NCBI RefSeq assembly: GCF_009914755.1
Contig: NC_060938.1
Length of the DNA: 64,000 nt
Strand: one strand, 5' to 3'
Origin: the human T2T-CHM13v2.0 reference genome, Homo sapiens
The translations under genes were made by a program, and so were the position numbers. Shown piece after piece: positions 57,645 through 64,000 of this stretch (positions within the stretch are counted from its first letter, which is position 1; each line of letters begins with the position of its first letter). The notes under the pieces were generated by a model. That model was not told the DNA's origin. It ran no database searches and saw only the letters and a list, made by a program, of their open reading frames with translations.

Positions 57645-59169
57645 CTACAAAGCAAAGGGGATATGTCATCAATTATATGTAAGTATGACAGGGCCAACCA
57701 AACATTCATGCAGTGTTACTGTTGAGCTGAATTCTCAGGCCTGGCTATAAAAATAATTACTTAAGGTTTTGAGGGTTCTTCTTGGCTTCTTCTTTTCATT
57801 GCCTAGGACAGCAACATGACAGAAACACAATGAGGAAAATAGGAATATAGGATTCCCAAAATGCACAGTTTACATTTCGGTAGTGAGATTATGTTTCAAA
57901 TGCCTATACTTAAAATAGAAAAGCATTGATATAACCGTGAACACGTGGACTGATGAGGAGAAAAGGGACCATTAAACAGAGGGGCAAATCAAACCTGAGA
58001 GAATCAATGTCAAAGCTGATGGTGAATGTACAGAGTATTTTAACTCCACACACCAGAGGCATTGCTGCCAGCACAGCACAAATAAATTCCCCTTGTCTTG
58101 TCACTGAGGAAATACGCAGTTGGGATGACAGTTCAGATGAATGTGGGATTCACCTCTCATCAAAGAAAGGGTTCTACATTGATCAGCTAGGATACACACT
58201 TATGAAATAACAGCTAATCAAACTACTCATTTTTCCCATGATCACATGGGCTACTGCAGCACCTACATTTCTCCTATCCCCTCATTTGGCCTTGAATTAG
58301 AGCTCCTTGATCCACTCATGCAAGGTGGTCCATAAAACACATCAAATAAACCATGTCGAATAAGCTTCTGATATCAAAATATTTATCAAAAAAGAAAACA
58401 TTGAATGACCACAGACTTGCTGGATATTAATACATATTTATATTTCAAAATCAGTGCAGTATTTATTGAAAATGATAATTTTGGTTTTCATGGAATGAAT
58501 TTTATGATTACTTCTAAAATTAACTAAGTTTGGTATATTATCTTACACTGTAAAGGACTTTTATAAAACAGCTATCATATCAAAGAACTGGCTGTCTCAA
58601 AAAAATTTCGCCAAAGCATCTATATGCAACTTAATCATATCTTATTCACTCATGTCAGTGAAACTTCTCTCCCTGAGGCCTGACAGTTATCAAGTGAAAT
58701 GAGCTGCTGTGGTTTACCCCAACTCTAGCACTCCCTCCTGTCTCCAGTACTCTCCACAGCAATAACCTCTTTTGTGAGACTGGGCATATGCTGAAGCAAC
58801 TGGAAGTGAGTTGTCTCAAGTTTACTTGGCTTTAACTCCCAAGACCCCAGCAAATGTCCTTCTTTCCTCCTTTTGTGTCCTTTCACCATCCCTCTTCCTT
58901 TGAAAAAATGATTATCAGAACTGTCATCCTGATGCTTCCCTTCCTAACTGCTTTTTATGGATGATTGTGACCACTTTTTTCATCTGTATTCAGCAGTAGT
59001 ATACACCTGTAATCTCTCTTTTTTCATCTCATTTTCCTTCCCCTGTGGCTAGAATCATGCTCAGAAATAAAAGGAAATTAAAGCTTTCCCTGGATTCTGT
59101 TATTTTTTAAATTGCTCTCCAGTGGTTCTTTTTCCAGATTTCTCTAAAGGAAAGCTATTCCCTTGCTAT

Positions 59170-59305
59170 TCAGAGCTGTGTCCAAGGACCAGCACAAACA
59201 TCACCTGAGTGCTCATGAGAAATGCAGACTCCAATACCTGCTGAGTCAGAATGTGCACTTTCCAGAAGCTCCTCAACGAATTCATGACAATTTGAATGCC
59301 CTGTT
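59170..59305. mobile_element. MER5-like hAT MITE fragment
   Basis: ggaccagc..catcacctg..agaaatgcaga..cctgctgagtcaga. Confidence 0.6.
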
Positions 59306-60030
59306 CCACACTGGTGTGCTTCCATATTGGTTTACCCTAACTGGCCTTTTTGGCCTAGCCTCAACTTCTTTCCTATTATGTCCCTGAATTTAATACTACG
59401 TTATAAACCATAATGTTTCTAATGAACTTTTAATCAGGCAAAGCTTCTCTAATTAATTTCTTCCCAATAAATCACCCAACACTATTCTTTTCATTTTCTA
59501 TAAAAACAAATTATAGCCATACATGGCTGACCATTTACGGTGATGTTCATCTATGGTAGATAAAACACAGGTCTGCATGGTAAAGTACCTCAATCCTTAA
59601 TGCCTCCCCAGTAGCGAGAATGACAGCAAGAGAAGGAAAATGTTACTGTAATTATATGACACATTTTGGTACTGGAAGCTCACTTTATCTTCCTTCCTAT
59701 TTCTAACACCCTGTTCTTCCTTCTTCTACAGATCAATTTGACTTTACTACCCTCCATTACATACATCCACTCTTTTTTATTTATTCCATGTACACTCTTC
59801 CCTCCTCATTCTTTCTTTCTCTTTTATTCATTTCCTCTTCCCTCTCTCCTGACTTGCCTCAGGTCTTAGAGTATGTTAAAATGGAACTCATAACTCAGCT
59901 CCTTTAGTGGTACTTCCAATAGAATCAACTGCTGACCCTTGGTTAGAGACACCACTTATCACCATTTCATTTCTCTTTTACTTATGATACAGTTAATAGG
60001 ACATTTTCTTTAGCTATTAAACTCTATTAG

Positions 60031-60357
<327 letters not shown>

Positions 60358-60396
60358 CTCCATCAAATGACTTTTTAAATAAAATACGGTTCTCAC

Positions 60397-60481
60397 CTTT
60401 TCCTTTTCCATTGACTATTCTGTTTCCTTTTTCATGAGAAGGTCCACGTAAAGGCTCTGACACTTTCTCGGGGACACACTG
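60397..60481 (-). pseudogene. ANKRD20A: ANKRD20A-like exon (85 bp), QCVPEKVSEPLRGPSHEKGNRIVNGKGK; open
   Basis: ttaccttag|CAGTGT...AAAAG|gtgaga; NAGNAG acceptor. Confidence 0.92.
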
Positions 60482-60553
60482 CTAAGGTAATATCAAGAAT
60501 TAGTTTCCATTTAAAATTATAATGAGTTGCATCAAGAGTTTCTTATCAATCTC

Positions 60554-60849
60554 TTTTTATGAAACTGGGTCTCACTCTGTCAACCCAGGGCTAGAATGCA
60601 GGGGCCTGATTATGGCTCACTGTGGTCTCAAACTCCTGACCTCAAGCAATCTTCCCACCTCAACTTCCTGGATAGCTGGAACTACAGGTGCATACCATCA
60701 TGTCATGCTAATGTTTTTATTGTTATCTTTGTAGAGACAAGGCCTCATTATACCTCCCAGGCTGGTCTCAAGCTCCTGGGCTCAAGCAAATCTTCCACTT
60801 CTGCCTCCCAAAGTGTTGAGATAAGCAGTGTGCACCACCACACCCAGCC
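60554..60849 (-). mobile_element. Alu (J-like)
   Basis: Alu consensus. Confidence 0.88.
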
Positions 60850-60865
60850 CTAATCAATTTCTTTA

Positions 60866-61231
<366 letters not shown>

Positions 61232-61552
61232 TCAATGAAATATGAGCTTAAGCCAAGAAAGAAAACGAAAAGCATGAAGTATAATAAAGTACATGGGGAA
61301 ATAGATCTATAACAGAGCCTTCGGTCTTTCATAACTCTGATAATACTAATTAATATTTATGCTGCAATTAGTTTTTTGTAAGTACTTCTGTGATAGTGTT
61401 TCTTACTATAAGACATTCAATTAGCTAAATATGGTCATCTACCATTACCTGAAAGAACATTATTATAACAGAGAGAGAAAACTGGAACTTTCCATCAACT
61501 TTCCACCCAGAAAAAGAATTGGTCACCAGAATTCTAAAGAGTAATGTATGGC

Positions 61553-62325
61553 AGACACATGAAAAAATGCTCATCATCACTGGCCATCAGAGAAATGCAA
61601 ATCGAAACTACTATGAGATATCATTTCACACCAGTTAGAATGGCAATCATTAAAAAGTCAGGAATCAACAGGTGTTGGAGAGGATGTGGAGAAATAGGAA
61701 CACTTTTACACTGTTGGTGGGACTGTAAACTAGTTCAACCATTGTGGAAGACAGTGTGGAGATTCCTCAAGGATCAAGAATTAGAAATACCATTTGATCC
61801 AGCCATCCCATTACTGGATATATATGCAAAGGATTATAAATCATGCTGCTATAAAGACACATGCACATGTATGTTTATTGTGGCACTATTCACAATAGCA
61901 AAGACTTGGAACCAACCCATATGCCCATCAATGATAGACTGGATTAAGAAAATGTGGCACTTACACACCATGGAATACTATGCAGCATAAAAAAATGATG
62001 AGTTCATGTCCTTTGTAGGGACATGGATGAAGCTGGAAACCATCATTCTGAGCAAACTGTTGCAAGGACAGAAAACCAAACACCACATGTTCTCACTCAT
62101 AGGTGGGAACTGAACAATGAGAACACTTGGACACAGGATGGGGAACATCACACACCAGGGCCTGTCATGGGGTGGGGGGAGAGGGGAGGAATAGCATTAG
62201 GAGATATACCTAATATAAATGACGAGTTAATGGGTGCAGCACACCAACATGGCACATGTATACATATTAACAAACCTGCACGTTGTGCACATGTACCCTA
62301 GAACTTAAAGTATAATAATAATAAT
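61553..62325 (+). mobile_element. 5'-truncated L1PA4/5-like element with 17-bp TSD
   Basis: ORF2 C-terminus ([18 protein letters not shown]); TSD aaagagtaatgtatggc at 61536-61552 and 62326-62342. Confidence 0.95.
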
Positions 62326-62692
62326 AAAGAGTAATGTATGGCTTGAAACGGTATATTTAATGGAACATGAGTTGGGTCTAATAAAAAGCTTAAGAAATGT
62401 TAATCTAAAATCTCAATGTTAAGATTCCAGTTGAATGATACTAGAAAATATATTGTAACCCTCTTTGCTACCGATGACCTATTTCTCTTTTATTTCCTTT
62501 TTAATTATGGCATAATTTCTCAACATAACATGTCAAAACTTATACACCCTTAAATATTAAAAAATAATACAATGTAAGCAATATTTTAAATACAATATTT
62601 AATGATTAGATACATTAGGTTTATTATATTACTTATAACATTCCATTATATAAAAATTCATTTGTTTATTTATTCAGATTAAACAACTATTA

Positions 62693-62989
62693 AGGCTGAA
62701 TGTCTCATGTCTGTAACCCCAGCACTTTGAGAGGCTGAGGCGAGCAGAACACTTGAGCCCAACAGTTAAAGAAGAGCCTGGGCAACAAGGCAAAACCCTA
62801 TCTCTACAAAACTCAGCCCAGCATGGTGACACAGGTCTATGGTGACATAGCTCTATTGTTTCAACTACTTGGATGGCTGAGGTGTGAGGATCACCTGAGC
62901 CTAGGAAATGGAGATCGGAGTGAGCCAAGATCTCACTAGTGCCCTCCAGCCTGGGTGACAGAGTGAAACCCCATCTCAAAAAACAACAA
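62693..62989 (+). mobile_element. Alu (J-like)
   Basis: Alu consensus. Confidence 0.88.
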
Positions 62990-63167
62990 GTAAAATGCTT
63001 CTTACATGGAAGACTGTATTCTAGGTACTCCAGGATACACACAAATATGTTTACTGACCTCCAGTAGCTTATGGTATGCAGGAGCTTCCAATGATCATTT
63101 AAAAAACTAAATAGAAAACCTTCTGACATTCAAACTTTCAGAATATGATATAAGGACTTTGAGTGGT

Positions 63168-63506
<339 letters not shown>

Positions 63507-63743
63507 TAAACTACAATGACAAAATTATGATGATAAAGACTTACCATATTGGTATTAAGAGTCTCTGCTTCTAGAACTGGTTATTTGCAGGAAAATACAT
63601 GTTATTCAATTAGATGAAGTGTTTTATATAAACTCTTCATGGACAACTCATAAATCACATAAAAATCCCTTTGCAATACAAATCTTGAGAACATAAATTT
63701 AAATTTCTACATTTCCACAATTTATATTTTTAAATCAGATACA

Positions 63744-63850
63744 ATGTTGCCCAGGCTGTTCTCAAACTCCTGTGTTCAAGCAATCTTACTGTCTCAAACT
63801 CCCAAGTAGCAGGGACTACAGGTGTACACCACCAAACTCAGCTATTTTTC
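63744..63850 (-). mobile_element. Alu/FLAM fragment
   Basis: tgttgcccaggctg..gggactacagg. Confidence 0.8.
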
Positions 63851-64000
63851 TACAATTTTTAATACTTTTTTAGTCTCACTACAGAACCAATAATATAAGT
63901 AGAGAAACAATCTCTCCTAAAAACTATATGACACCAAAATGATAAGTTTCCAAGAACAAAAGCTATATGCTATGTGCTGAACATTTCTGCCACTAAAAAT

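Noticed and set aside
61544-61990. 148-aa ORF as a gene
   Set aside because: L1 ORF2 C-terminus of a 5'-truncated element.
63545-63600. Possible vestigial ANKRD26 exon ending ..RDS*YQY G|gtaagt
   Set aside because: Only a donor and a few residues match, with no clear acceptor; too weak to call.

Overview
Primate (most likely human) pericentromeric segmental-duplication DNA, about half interspersed repeats (over 30 Alus, many old L1s, Tigger1, Tigger4a, MaLR and ERV1 LTRs). No intact protein-coding gene is fully contained. The main feature is the 3' part of an ANKRD20A-family (ANKRD26/ANKRD18/CCDC144 superfamily) gene copy on the minus strand (~24.7-60.5 kb; the 5' ankyrin exons lie beyond the right end). 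Five linker exons are intact and in phase. From 45.8 kb downstream I count about 10 disabling lesions, so it is an unprocessed pseudogene or at most encodes a truncated product. Downstream (14.5-22.4 kb) is a complex cassette: a 48-bp CER satellite block, two arrays of a degenerate CCCCACTGACCAGG minisatellite, an internally deleted MSTB provirus, a processed SNX18 pseudogene, two inverted duplications, and what appears to be a heavily decayed RALGDS/RGL-like gene. I see no convincing new functional biological system. The best leads are the putative RALGDS-like fossil, the hairpin-forming inverted duplications, and a premature stop plus lost splice donor plus polyA signal that could create a new terminal exon. 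Protein and repeat comparisons are from memory, not database searches. Repeat boundaries are approximate, and the exact paralog or chromosome cannot be determined from this window.
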